Part shown: piece by piece, positions 14,120 through 29,580 of the stretch
How the letters are laid out: each line of letters starts with the position of its first letter
Position numbering within the stretch: the first letter of the stretch is position 1
Source of the DNA: Eledone cirrhosa
Taxonomy: Eukaryota
DNA: 64,000 bases
NCBI GenBank assembly: GCA_964016885.1
Contig: OZ024742.1
Location: 291,896,001-291,960,000, forward strand
Reading direction: 5' to 3'
Notes under the pieces: generated by a model
Databases searched by the model: none
The model's input: only the letters and a program-made list of their open reading frames with translations
What the model was told of the DNA's origin: nothing
Position numbers and translations under genes: made by a program

Positions 14120-14630
14120 AACATTACACAACCAAACACGTTGCACATCTAGACACACTGTCATGTATGCAAACACTGTCACACACAAACACACTGTTAC
14201 ATATCTATACACACTAATATCACTAATCCAAACACTATGTTACACATCCAGTCATACTAATATTATCCTCCCAGACACACTGGCACACATCCAGGTACAT
14301 TAATTTTGCACATTCAGACACTAATGCCATGCACCCAGACCCACTAATATCACACACCCTGGTGCACTGTCACACACCCAGCTACACTAATTTTACATAT
14401 CCAGCTACACTAATATCACACCTAGCTATTCTGTTACACATCCAGGTACAGTAACATTACAGAGCTAGGCACTCTCACATTACACTTCCAGGCACACTAA
14501 TATTACATGGCTAAGCACTCTCACACATCCAGGCACACTAACATTATACATCCATGACACATCTAAGCACACTAATGCCATACACTGAAGCACTCTCATG
14601 TTACACACTCAAGCATGACATATCCAGCAT
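14120..14630. repeat. Degenerate CA-rich minisatellite
   Basis: Many imperfect copies of CACACATCCAGGCACACTAATATTA-like units. Confidence 0.6.
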
Positions 14631-15959
14631 GTTAAACTCATTTCTTATTTATTCATTAATTAGTTTCTACATTTAGAATTATTGCGTAATAATAAAAACT
14701 ACTGATGTTGCTGAATTTCTAACTATTTGTGGTGTGTTTCAGAAGTATTTTAATTATTGAGACACTCTAGGCTAGCTTTCAATTGCTTCATGTCAGCCGA
14801 AATCATCAAAATCTCACAATAATAAATTATTTAGCGAAGTTAAGATGAAGCAAAATATTTTATTTACTCAGTTGAAAATATTTTTATGTCAGTGCCAAAA
14901 TATGAATTAATAATAGACCTGCAATTTAATATAAAGTAAGATTTATGTAACTGGAAATAGCATCTTATGTTTCACTATTTCCACAATTTCACTCAACACT
15001 TCAAGAAGCCTGTCTTATGTATAAAATGACTTAAACCAGGTATATTAGAACCTGATTTATGTTTTACATTTTCCAAAGGTATTTGTTAATACCTAGAGAT
15101 GAAGATTGTTGTATTGGCTAAACTGTATTTAACCATTTTATAACCATATTTCTACAGAATTATGCTGTCTATTTTATTTTAAAATAATTTTATGGGGATT
15201 TAGTAATACAACTAACTTTCTCATTTATTTAAACTGGTGTTTGAAATTTAACCTCACAAAGGCAAATTTTTAGATAATACTATCTATTGCCTGGGTTACT
15301 GCTGTTCTTATTCAGATTAGTAAACAATAAATATGAAGATATGTTTTTTTTCTCATGATAATTTCAAAAAATATCAAAATTGTAATGATAATAGAATTTA
15401 GAAATGAAATTGTCAATCTTGAAGCACCTTAGGGTAAACAATGTTCATTGTGTAATTTTTTGTTGGTGTCCAAATGAATAAATTGTTGTTACACTCACAC
15501 ACATACTCTCATATACATATACTAAGACAGACACACAGACATACATTCACACAGACACACGCATAGCTTTTCACCTCATTTTTGGTCAGTTGCTACATAT
15601 GTGTAGATGTGTGTGTATTTAATCACGTACCAAATGAACGCGCACACACATACATATATAAAAAAATGTGACAAAGGTGTGTTTTCTATTTTAATGCAAT
15701 AAAAATTATCACACATACACACTCATACATTCTCACACACATACACTCTCACATATACTCACATACATTTAGTAAGACAGACACACACAGACATACATTC
15801 ATGCACATCTGTCTGTCATCACATATGTATCTGTATGTGTATATGTGTGTGTCTTTCGTTGTCTGTGTGTGAAGATAATGTGTATGCAACTTACTTAGTA
15901 ACAAACTCGCTAACACACTCACAGACACATACACACTCATACAAAATGTGACTCGTCAT

Positions 15960-16161
15960 CATCATGGTTTACTATAGTTTACTATAGAAATGTTATTTTA
16001 GATAAAATATATTTTTTTAATCCAAATGAAAATAAAAATTACATGTTGACACTCCTGGGGTCTATTACCTTGTAAAATTTGATTCGATTTGGTCCAGCCA
16101 TTTGAGAACGCATAGGAACAGACATACAGAGAGACAAAGAATTTTATATATATATTATAGA
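15960..16161 (-). mobile_element. Helitron-like 5' terminal fragment
   Basis: Minus strand begins TCTATAATATATATAAAA, then TGTC-type repeats and ATGGCTGGACCAAATCGAATCAAATTTT, resembling non-autonomous invertebrate Helitron 5' ends; 3' CTRR end not located. Confidence 0.45.
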
Positions 16162-16407
16162 TAATGATATAGAGAGAGAGATAAGCAGTCTAAAATAGTT
16201 TTATATCTTATATAGAACCAGCAGCAATTTCTAGTTGGTATAAGTCAAGATAAAAATGACTGAAAGAATTAGTTATAGTATTTGACCTAAGTTTGATATT
16301 TGCAGATACTTCCAAAAGGGTGTCTTATTGACTAAAGTGTTTAACCCTTTTGATACCAAACTATCTGAAACTGCCCTGATTCTACCATACAAAACTGTTT
16401 GTTTTAA

Positions 16408-16567
16408 CCCTTTAGCATTTACATTACTCGATATTTACTATTATATTTTCATGGTAAAGGCTGTACCTCACATAATATTGAATCTATGAGCAGCTGGTTA
16501 TGAACTGTTTGAACAAAAGGAGGTGAGAGGATTCTGGCCAGATACAACCAGTTTAAATGCTAAAGGA
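16408..16567 (+). mobile_element. piggyBac-type MITE copy (internally shorter)
   Basis: TTAA-CCCTTTAGCATTTA ... TAAATGCTAAAGGA-T-TTAA; homologous to 54076-54283. Confidence 0.7.
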
Positions 16568-17232
16568 TTTAAGTGTTTATATTTATCTAAAACAAAATCT
16601 TTCATCATAATCTTATGTAAGAACGTTTGTTAATTTGTTACAAACACCAGTTTAATAATGATAAAGTTAATTATATTATGAAATTTTCCAAATACTTGAT
16701 TATTTTTTAAATAATTTGAAAATTATAGAAATATGGTGTCTTTCATCATGAGAGAATGAAGAGTAGAATCTGAAAAATGACAAGGTTACTATAGTGTTAA
16801 CAACATATTAAATATATTAATATATACTGTGAGAATATACACCTACCATATATATATCATCATCACCACCACCGTTTTACGTTCATTTTTCAACATGTAT
16901 ACGTGAGCTTTCATATGTACATATATATATCTAGGGAGTATAACATACCAAAACATTCCTCAGCAAAACAATCAAAACAACAGGTACTGACCACCATAAA
17001 TGAATGTAAATCGTTACAGACATTTCTATGCTCTATATGTTCATTCTGTCATTACAATAGCAGAGGTCCGATGAGCTTTTGATTCCAGAGTCGGGCCAGA
17101 TCGATATAGATCAAATAGCAAAACGTGCTTCATCACTCAATAAACGTAATGAATACATGACAATACATCCTTTTATTATTGCCAAAAGTAGAAACAATTA
17201 TTATTTGTGGCCAATAAATGAAATCATTATTA

Positions 17233-17410
17233 TTGGCAGTATCGGTAGAGGGTCGGACGCCATGCTTTCCAGCATAGTTACGTCCCTTTACGATCTGAGT
17301 TCAAATCCCGCCGAGGTTGACTTTGCCTTTCATCCTGACGGGGTCGATAAAATAAAGTACCAGTAATGCACTGGGTAATTGCTGGCCTTGTGCCTAAAGT
17401 AGAAACAATT

Positions 17411-17411
<1 letters not shown>
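17233..17411 (+). mobile_element. tRNA-derived SINE family 2
   Basis: TGGCAGTATCGGTAGAG...GAGTTCAAATCCCGCCGAGGTTGACTTTGCCTTTCATCC...AGTACCAG...GCTGGCCTTGTGCCTAAAGTAGAAAC with (ATT)n tail. Confidence 0.8.
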
Positions 17412-17442
<31 letters not shown>

Positions 17443-17443
17443 T

Positions 17444-17781
17444 ATCATCATCATCATCATTTTACGTCCACTTTTCCCTGCTTGCAAGGGTGGGACGGGA
17501 ACTGATTATGGCTTGATTTCTACAGCTGGATGCCCTTCCTAACACCCTCATTTACAGTGAGTGCTGGGTGCTTTTTTTTGCCGTAGCACCTCCACGACCA
17601 CTCTGCAGTGGAATGATATGGCCCCCAGTCCCTATCATCTCATTTCTACAGTTGAGTAAACTGGAGCAATGTGAAGTAAAGTGTCTTGCTCAAGGAAACA
17701 ACACATCGCCCGGTCTGAGAATTCAACTCACAACCTTTCGATTGCAAGGCCAATGCTCTAACCACTAAGCCATGTGCCTCC
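17444..17781 (-). mobile_element. tRNA-derived SINE family 1, full length
   Basis: Minus strand GGAGGCACATGGCTTAGTGGTTAGAGC (A box), B box, CORE-like block, RTE-type 3' end, (GAT)n tail. Confidence 0.85.
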
Positions 17782-17783
17782 AT

Positions 17784-17826
<43 letters not shown>

Positions 17827-18048
17827 TATATATTTTATATACATATATATATATTTTATATATATTATATATATATATATAATATATATATATATAATAT
17901 ATATATATATATTATATATATATATATAATATATATATATATATTATATATATATATATAATATATATATATATATTATATATATATATATAATATATAT
18001 ATATATACAATATTAAATAAATGGAAACTATATTTATAAAACCATATT

Positions 18049-18114
18049 TATTTCATTATATATATTTCAGGGATATCATATTAACAATATGCTATGCCTT
18101 CCTCAGACAAAATA
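18049..18114 (-). ncRNA. Minimal type-I hammerhead ribozyme (PLE pseudo-LTR)
   Basis: Reverse complement of the motif at 20171-20236. Confidence 0.75.
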
Positions 18115-20170
18115 CAATATAAACAGTTTTATAGATAAATAGATTCGACATACCGTAACAACATCGACTTGTATTTGAAAAGGTTGATTTGGTAGTGAAA
18201 AAATTGTACACAGAGAGAAAGAAAGAGAGAAAAAAGGAAAGAAAGACAGAAAACGAAGAAAAAGAAGAAATGCATGGAACAAAATAGAGAGATGGAAAGA
18301 TAGATAAAGAGAAGAACTTCATGTAAAGAAACAGAAAGAGATATATATATATAGAGAGAGAGAGGAAATAGAGATAGATACATATATATAGAAAACTAGG
18401 TAGTGGGACGTCTGGTCCGTTAAATAACAACTGCTTAGTTAAAAATATAGTATACAATTGTAATGTTAATACTGACTCTAATTCTTTTAACTACGTCGGT
18501 TCCACATCGACGGAATTTAAACTTCGCTATAATAACCACAAGAATTCTTTCACAGATCCAAGCAAAAAATCTTCAACGGCACTATCAGGCGTACTATGGC
18601 AACTTAAGCTAGATAACGTTAGATATTCGACGGCTTGGAATATAGTCTCAAGAGGGATTCCTTTTAATTCATCCTCTGAGACATGTGACCTCTGCGCAGA
18701 GGAGATATTCTTTATACTAAAATCTAAAAATTCCCTTAATCTACGGACAAATTTATTGAGTTGTTGCAAACATAGATTAAACTCAACGTTTAAATATAAA
18801 TTTAAATTTAAAATGTAGTATATTTAGTTTGATTTATAATTATATGGGAAACTAGCCAATAAATCTCTGATTCTCTTTTTATTCTTTTTATTTTTATTTA
18901 AACATTCTTCATGAAAAATTAAGCTACCCTAAAAGTTGATGCTCCAAATATTTCGAATAAACGTTACACTAGATAAACTTCTATATTAAATATAAGAACA
19001 CATGTAGACCAAATTGGGCATCCTAAACTTTTTGAAATGATCTTTGCTAGATGCGATTTGATAGATAATTTTTGGCTTTATCTGTTTTTCGACTCTGATG
19101 TTTATAATGAACTTGGCAATATATTGTCAATTAATTTTGAAGGGTTGATCTTTGTGGTTTATTTTATTTTTATTATTGTAGTATTTCCTAATATTTTTAT
19201 TTTTAATATTTTTAATATGTAAATTTTTTAATATATAATATTTTTAATATGTAATATTCTTTCGTAATATTTTTTAGTTTTCTATTTTATTATTACTTAT
19301 TATTATTATTGTTATTTTTAGTTTTGTTTCTGATATATTTTTATTTTTATTAGTATATTGAAATCTGCTCTATTTTTGCTTGATAGATAATCTTGTAGAG
19401 TAAAGACAGAAATAGTAATATTGACTCTATATATATTTGTGTGTATATATATACACATATATGTATACTTAAATTTTTATACCACATTGAGAATGTTTTC
19501 CGTGAACCTAGGGTTTGCAGAGTTGATCATGTAGATTCACATAGATGTTTGTAATTATCACATAAACATATGAATTTTTTAAAAAACTAAACATAAGATC
19601 ATTAATTTTCACACATTGTGGATACATGTCTCATTCAGGAATACTGATATTTACAATGTAGTGGCTGGTTTTGTAAATACTAATACCTCTACATTAAAAC
19701 AGAGGTTTTTACGCCTCGCTTGTGTCTGGTTATTTTTAAATTTTTTTCTCTCTCTATATTTTTTTTCTCTCTCTATATAACAGCTGGTTTCTCTCCATAT
19801 ATCTCCCTTACATTAAGACTAGAGCTAAATAAATAAATAAATAAATAAATGTATCATTGATGCGTTATTCAACAGACGTCCCACTACCTAGTTTTCTATA
19901 TATATGTATCTATCTCTATTTCCTCTCTCTCTCTATATATATATATCTTTCTGTTTCTTTACATGAAGTTCTTCTCTTTATCTATCTTTCCATCTCTCTA
20001 TTTTGTTCCATGCATTTCTTCTTTTTCTTCGTTTTCTGTCTTTCTTTCCTTTTTTCTCTCTTTCTTTCTCTCTGTGTACAATTTTTTCACTACCAAATCA
20101 ACCTTTTCAAATACAAGTCGATGTTGTTACGGTATGTTGAATCTATTTATCTATAAAACTGTTTATATTG

Positions 20171-20236
20171 TATTTTGTCTGAGGAAGGCATAGCATATTG
20201 TTAATATGATATCCCTGAAATATATATAATGAAATA
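20171..20236 (+). ncRNA. Minimal type-I hammerhead ribozyme (PLE pseudo-LTR)
   Basis: Stem I TATTTTGT/ATGAAATA; core CTGAGGA; stem II AGG..CATATT-GTT-AATATG..CCT; GAAA; palindromic ATATATAT helix III; predicted cleavage after A20228. Confidence 0.78.
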
Positions 20237-20617
20237 AATATGGTTTTATAAATATAGTTTCCATTTATTTAATATTGTAAATATACTCCAAATATTTGTC
20301 GAGTGCTTTTATATCAGTTATAAATATTTACTAGTTGTAACCCAACAATTTAAATATAACTTTCCATATATATATATATATATATAATGTAATATATATA
20401 TATATAATGTAATATATATATATATATATAATGTAATATATATATATATATATAATATAATATAATATATATATATATATATATAATATATATTATATAT
20501 ATAATATATATTATATATATTATATATATAATATATATTATATATATATATATATATATAATATAATATAATATATATATATATATATATATAAAATATA
20601 TATATATATTATATATA

Positions 20618-20648
<31 letters not shown>

Positions 20649-20655
20649 AAATATG

Positions 20656-20704
<49 letters not shown>

Positions 20705-20763
20705 AAAATATATATATATATTATATATATATATATTATATATATATATATATATAAAATATG

Positions 20764-20812
<49 letters not shown>

Positions 20813-20878
20813 AAAATATATATATATATAAAATATATATATATATTATATATATATATATATATATAAAATATATAT

Positions 20879-20956
<78 letters not shown>

Positions 20957-21592
20957 AAATATATATATATATATATATAAAATATATATATATATATATA
21001 TAAAATATATATATAATATATATATATAAAATATATATAATATATATATATATATATATAATATATATATATATATAATATATATATATATATAAAATAT
21101 ATATATAATATATATATATAAAATATATATAATATATATATATATATATATAATATATATATATATATAATATATATATATATATAATATATATATATAT
21201 ATAATATATATATATAATATATATATATATATAATATATATATATAATATATATATATATATAATATATATATATATATAATATATATATAAAATATATA
21301 TAAAATATATATAATATATATATATATATATAATATATATATATATATATAATATATATATATATATAAAATATATATATATATATATAATATATATATA
21401 TATATAAAATATATATATATATATATAATATATATATATATATATAATATATATATATATATAAAATATATATATATATATATAATATATATATATATAT
21501 ATAAAATATATATATATATATATAATATATATATATATAAAATATATATATATATAATATATATATATATATAAAATATATATGTATATATA

Positions 21593-21633
<41 letters not shown>

Positions 21634-22000
21634 TATATATATATTATATATATATATAATTATATATATATATATATAAAATATATATGTATATATATAA
21701 TTATATATATATATATATATAAAATATATATGTATATATATAATTATATATATATATATATAAAATATATATGTATTTATATAATTATATATGTATATAT
21801 AATATATATATATATATAAAATATATATGTATATATAATTATATATATATATATAAAATATATATATATATAAAATATATATGTATATATAATTATATAT
21901 ATATATATAAAATATATATATATATAAAATATATATATATATAAAATATATATATATATGAAATATATATATATATATATAAAATATATATATATATGAA

Positions 22001-22031
<31 letters not shown>

Positions 22032-22093
22032 ATATATTATATATATAAAATATATATGTATATATATATTATATATATATAAAATATATATGT

Positions 22094-22135
<42 letters not shown>

Positions 22136-22193
22136 ATATATAAAATATATATATATATATAAAATATATATTATATATATATATATATAAAAA

Positions 22194-22230
<37 letters not shown>

Positions 22231-22565
22231 ATATATAAAAAAAATATATATATATATAAAATATATATATATATATATTATATATATATGTATATATATA
22301 TAATATATATATGAACCAGTAAGACCCCGACAGCTGAGCTCAAGCCGTTTCGACGGCTAATTCTGGACTCATATGTATATATAATATATGGACTATATGT
22401 ATATATAATATATATATATAAAATATATATGTATATATAATTATATATATATAAAATATATATATATATATAAAATATATATATATATAAAATATATATA
22501 TATATAAAATATATATATATATGAAATATATATATATATATATATATAAAATATATATATATATG

Positions 22566-22611
<46 letters not shown>

Positions 22612-22616
22612 TATGT

Positions 22617-22658
<42 letters not shown>

Positions 22659-23475
22659 ATATATAAAAAATATATATATATATATAAAATATATATTATA
22701 TATATATATATATAAAAAATATATATATATATATATAAAATATATATATATATTATATATATATGTATATATATAATATATATATATATATTATATATAT
22801 ATATATATAAAAAAAAATATATATATATAAAATATATATATATATATTATATATATATGTATATATATATAATATATATATATATATATTATATATATAT
22901 ATATATATAAAAAATATATATATATATTATATATATATATATATAAAATATATATGTATATATGTAATATATATATATATAAAATATATATATATATATT
23001 ATATATATATATATAAAATATATATATTATATATATATGTATATATATATAATATATATATATATATAAAATATATATATATATAATATATATATATATT
23101 ATATATATATATATATAAAATATATATATATATATAATATATATATATATTATATATATATATATATAAAAAATATATATATATTATATATATATATATA
23201 TAAAATATATATATATATATTATATATATAAAATATATATATATATATTATATATATAAAATATATATATATATATTATATATATATATATATTATATAT
23301 ATATATTATATATATATATATATATTATATATATATAATATATATATATATATTATATATATATAATATATATATTATATATATATATATATAAAATATA
23401 TATATGTATATATATATATAAAATATATATATATATAATTATATATATATATATAATTATATATATATATATATA

Positions 23476-24714
23476 GTCAAAAGGACTTAAAATTAACCTG
23501 GCTAAGACCAAAGTTCTAGTTTGTAGGAAAGAAAACAAGGCGGCGGTCCCTTCTGGGAAATGGTCGTGCTCGGTATGTAGGAAAGGCGTAGGTAGAAACT
23601 CCATCTTATGTCCTAAATGCAAAGTATGGGTGCATAAAAGATGTAGTGGGATCACAGGTAAGCTAACTAAGAACATAGACTTTACATGTGGCCGATGTTC
23701 TGGTGCAATAAGTAGCAGCAAGTGCCCACAAAATACTAGCTCTTTCAATTGCGCAGAGGGTTCTATAGAAATAGTGGACAGCTTCCGTTACCTGGGCGAT
23801 AAAATCAGCAGTGGGGGAGGGTGCTCTGAAAGTACTGTAGCTAGAGTCAGAACTGGTTGGAAAAAGTTCAGAGAGCTTATACCACTATTAGCTGCTAAAG
23901 GGTTCTCCCTAAAATGAAAGGCAGGTTGTACGATGCCTGCATACGAACAGCAATGTTGCATGGTAGTGAGACCTGGGCATTGTGTGCAGAGGATATACGC
24001 AGACTAGAGAGGAACGAAGCTTGCATGCTCCGCTGGATGTGTAACAGTAATATACGTGAACGGCAAAGCATAAACGAACTAAGGAAAAAATTAGAGATAA
24101 GAGGGATCAGATGCTGTTTACTCGAGAGAAGGCTGCGTTGGTATGGACACGTGATGCGCATGAAAGTCGATAGCTGTATTACAAAGTGCAGGGCAATAAA
24201 GATAGACGGTAGCCACGGAATAGGCAGACCTAGAAAAACATGGGATGAGCTGATAAACTCCAACCTCATACACTTACACCTCTCCAAGACAATGTCACTG
24301 GACCGTGACCTTTGGCGGTACTCAGTAACAGAGAAGACCCGCCTTGCCAGTAGGCATCTCTAACAAACTACACCCCGTCCCGCCACCACCCCCACCCCAT
24401 CCACACCACCCCGTTCCATGTAAAGTTATGTTGGTGCCGCGCCATCCAGGCCGAAACAAACGAGATCGTGTAGGTGTCACGACAAAAAAACACACAGTCC
24501 ACGCTGTAATGTGGCCGTGTAGGCAACACGGTAAAAACCTCCCAGACCCACACTGTAAATGTGGTTGGTGTTAGGAAAGGGCATCCAACTGTAGAAAACC
24601 TGCCAGACAGTCCTATGCGAGCAAGACAATCACTCTTGCCTCAAGTGGGACTACCCCCGTCCAAACCCATGCAAGCGTGGAACACGGACGTTAAACGTTG
24701 ATGATGATGATGAT
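23476..24714 (+). mobile_element. RTE LINE subfamily B, 5'-truncated, frameshift near 23910
   Basis: ORFs 23630-23917 and 23914-24363 nearly identical to the C-terminus of 38340-41315; 3'UTR and (GAT)n tail. Confidence 0.93.
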
Positions 24715-24745
24715 ATATATATATATATAATTATATATATATATA

Positions 24746-24789
<44 letters not shown>

Positions 24790-24925
24790 TATATATATAT
24801 ATATATAATTATATATATATATATATAATTATATATATATATATAAATAAATATATATATATAAATAAATATATATATATAAATAAATATATATATATAT
24901 ATATATATAACATATATATAAATAA

Positions 24926-24958
<33 letters not shown>

Positions 24959-25219
24959 TATATATATATATATAAAATATATATATAAATAAATATATAT
25001 AAATATATATATATATATATATGTAGATAAATCTACCAAGAGTTCACGGTAGTGTCCAATCCGTATGAAGAACTCAATGTATTCCGGATATCATGGAAAG
25101 AAGAGATGTAATGAAAAATCACTTTCGGTGAAAGATAAACGGTATACAGAGTCAAGATAAAATATTAAACAAATAATGAATAAAACAATGAAACAGTTCC
25201 TTATATTAAACAAAAAAAG

Positions 25220-25373
25220 TTCATTATTTAACGATCGTTTCTAGGATATATATGTGTTAGAATTGGCATGCATATTCAACAGATCTATGTACAAAATTAT
25301 ACAAAATTATACAAACTATCAAGATTAAATATACATACCAACACATATATACGCCGTCTTCAGAAATAATGAA
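25220..25373 (-). ncRNA. Type-I hammerhead ribozyme with long stem II, in a ~470-bp non-coding insert (25023-25495)
   Basis: Minus strand: TTCATTATTT-CTGAAGA-[TATATATGTGTTGG...CTAACACATATATA]-GAAA-CGATCG-T-T-AAATAATGAA; perfect 10-bp stem I; palindrome ACGATCGT. Confidence 0.75.
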
Positions 25374-25491
25374 ATATATTTATTGATAATAACAATTCAA
25401 AATTTCAGGTCCGTTTGGGAACAAAATTGACCAATGAAAATACAAAAGGTTTAATGCAGTTCGGTGTGTGTATATACATGTAACTACCCTT

Positions 25492-25560
<69 letters not shown>

Positions 25561-25585
25561 AATAAATATATATATATATAAATAA

Positions 25586-25616
<31 letters not shown>

Positions 25617-25617
25617 A

Positions 25618-25670
<53 letters not shown>

Positions 25671-25676
25671 TAAATA

Positions 25677-25707
<31 letters not shown>

Positions 25708-25788
25708 TATATATATATATATAATATATATATATATAAATAAATATAAATAAATATATATATATATATAATATATATATATAAATAA

Positions 25789-25821
<33 letters not shown>

Positions 25822-26025
25822 TAAATAAATATATATATATATATATAATATATATATATAAATAAATATATATAATATATATATATATATATAATATATA
25901 TATATAAATAAATATATATAATATATATATATATATATAATATATATATATAATATATATATATAAATAAATATATATAATATATATATATATATATAAT
26001 ATATATATATAAATAAATATATATT

Positions 26026-26070
<45 letters not shown>

Positions 26071-26141
26071 TAAATAAATATATATATATATATATAATAT
26101 ATATATATAAATAAATATATATAATATATATATATATATAT

Positions 26142-26173
<32 letters not shown>

Positions 26174-26550
26174 AATAAATATATATTATTATAATATATA
26201 TATATATATATATAAATATATATATATAAATAAATATATATTATTATAATATATATATATATATATATAAATATATATATATAAATAAATATATATTATT
26301 ATAATATATATATATATATATAAATATATATATATAAATAAATATATATTATTATAATATATATATATATATATATAATATATATATATAAATAAATATA
26401 TATAATATATATATATATATATAATATATATATATAAATATATATATAAATATATATATATAAATAAATATATATTATTATAATATATATATATATATAT
26501 ATAAATATATATAAATATATATATATATAAATAAATATATATATATATAT

Positions 26551-28334
<1,784 letters not shown>

Positions 28335-28363
28335 TATATAAATATATATATATATATAAATAA

Positions 28364-28500
<137 letters not shown>

Positions 28501-28573
28501 TATATAAATATATATATATATATATAAATAAATATATATAAATATATATATATAAATAAATATATATAAATAA

Positions 28574-28620
<47 letters not shown>

Positions 28621-28639
28621 TATATATATATATAAATAA

Positions 28640-28712
<73 letters not shown>

Positions 28713-28715
<3 letters not shown>

Positions 28716-28965
28716 ATTTAAAACTGCACTATCCACAAGTGTTTTTTAGCCTTCATATCATGTTCTCCTGTTTTATCTGATGAAAACACAAATACTATTG
28801 CATGATGATGTTTGTTTTTGAAATGCGCATAATAAAATACATGGAACTCCTTTAACCATCTTTTGATCTTATATATTATGTATACTCCAGTCCTACAAAC
28901 TGTAGAGTGCTTCTTATCCGATATCTGCATTGCTTTATTGTACTACAATAAAACTCACCTCCTAC
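28713..28965 (+). mobile_element. ~250-bp non-autonomous hammerhead-bearing element in (TA)n
   Basis: Near-identical inverted copy with the same ends at 43388-43644. Confidence 0.75.
28770..28838 (+). ncRNA. Minimal type-I hammerhead ribozyme
   Basis: GTTTTAT-CTGATGA-AAA..CAAATA..TGTTTG..TTT-GAAA-TGCGCA-T-A-ATAAAAT; palindrome ATGCGCAT. Confidence 0.78.
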
Positions 28966-29116
28966 ATATATATAAATATATATATATATATAAATAAATA
29001 TATATATATATATATAAATAAATATATATAAATAAATATATATATATATATAAATAAATATATATATATATATATAAATAAATATATATAAATAAATATA
29101 TATATATATATATACA

Positions 29117-29502
29117 TGTAAAGTTATATTTAAAATTGTTGGGTTACAACTAGTAAAACTCTTTACATGAAGCTCTTCACTTTATCTATTTTTCCATCTC
29201 TCTATTTTGTTCCATGCATTTCTTCTTTTTCTTTTTCTTCCTTTTCTTCGTTCTGTCTTTCTTTCTTTCGTTTTTTCCCTCTTTTCTTTCTCTCTTTCTT
29301 TCTCTCTGTATTTTCACTGCTAGACTAAACCTCTTCAAATGAAGTTGATGTTTATTACGGTATGTCGAATATATTTATCTATAAAACTGTTTATATTGTA
29401 TTTTGTCTGATGAAGGCATAGCATATTGTTAATATGATATCCCCGAAATATATATAATGAAATAAATATGGTTTTATAAATATAGTTTTCCATTTATTTA
29501 AT

Positions 29503-29508
<6 letters not shown>
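29117..29508 (+). mobile_element. Solo Penelope family 1 pseudo-LTR fragment preceded by inverted 3' tail
   Basis: About 29160-29508 is homologous to about 19955-20279; 29117-29156 is the reverse complement of the element terminus at about 20328-20367. Confidence 0.8.
29399..29464 (+). ncRNA. Minimal type-I hammerhead ribozyme (PLE pseudo-LTR)
   Basis: TATTTTGT-CTGATGA-stem II-GAAA-TATATA-T-A-ATGAAATA. Confidence 0.8.
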
Positions 29509-29568
<60 letters not shown>

Positions 29569-29580
29569 AATATATATATA

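Larger units (their letters stand above)
18007..20368 (+). mobile_element. Penelope-like element family 1, 5'-truncated, with inverted pseudo-LTR
   Basis: About 18416-18818 encodes PLNNNCLVKNIVYNCNVNTDSNSFNYVGSTSTEFKLRY...CDLCAEE...CKHR (GIY-YIG end), followed by a long 3' region. 18007-18412 is the reverse complement of about 19875-20279. Confidence 0.88.

Noticed and set aside
18092-20193. Hydrophobic F/S/L-rich ORFs in the inverted pseudo-LTRs (18092-18457, 19857-20193)
   Set aside because: They derive from CT-rich low-complexity UTR sequence, and the frames are not conserved in the 29117 and 46093 copies as far as I can see.
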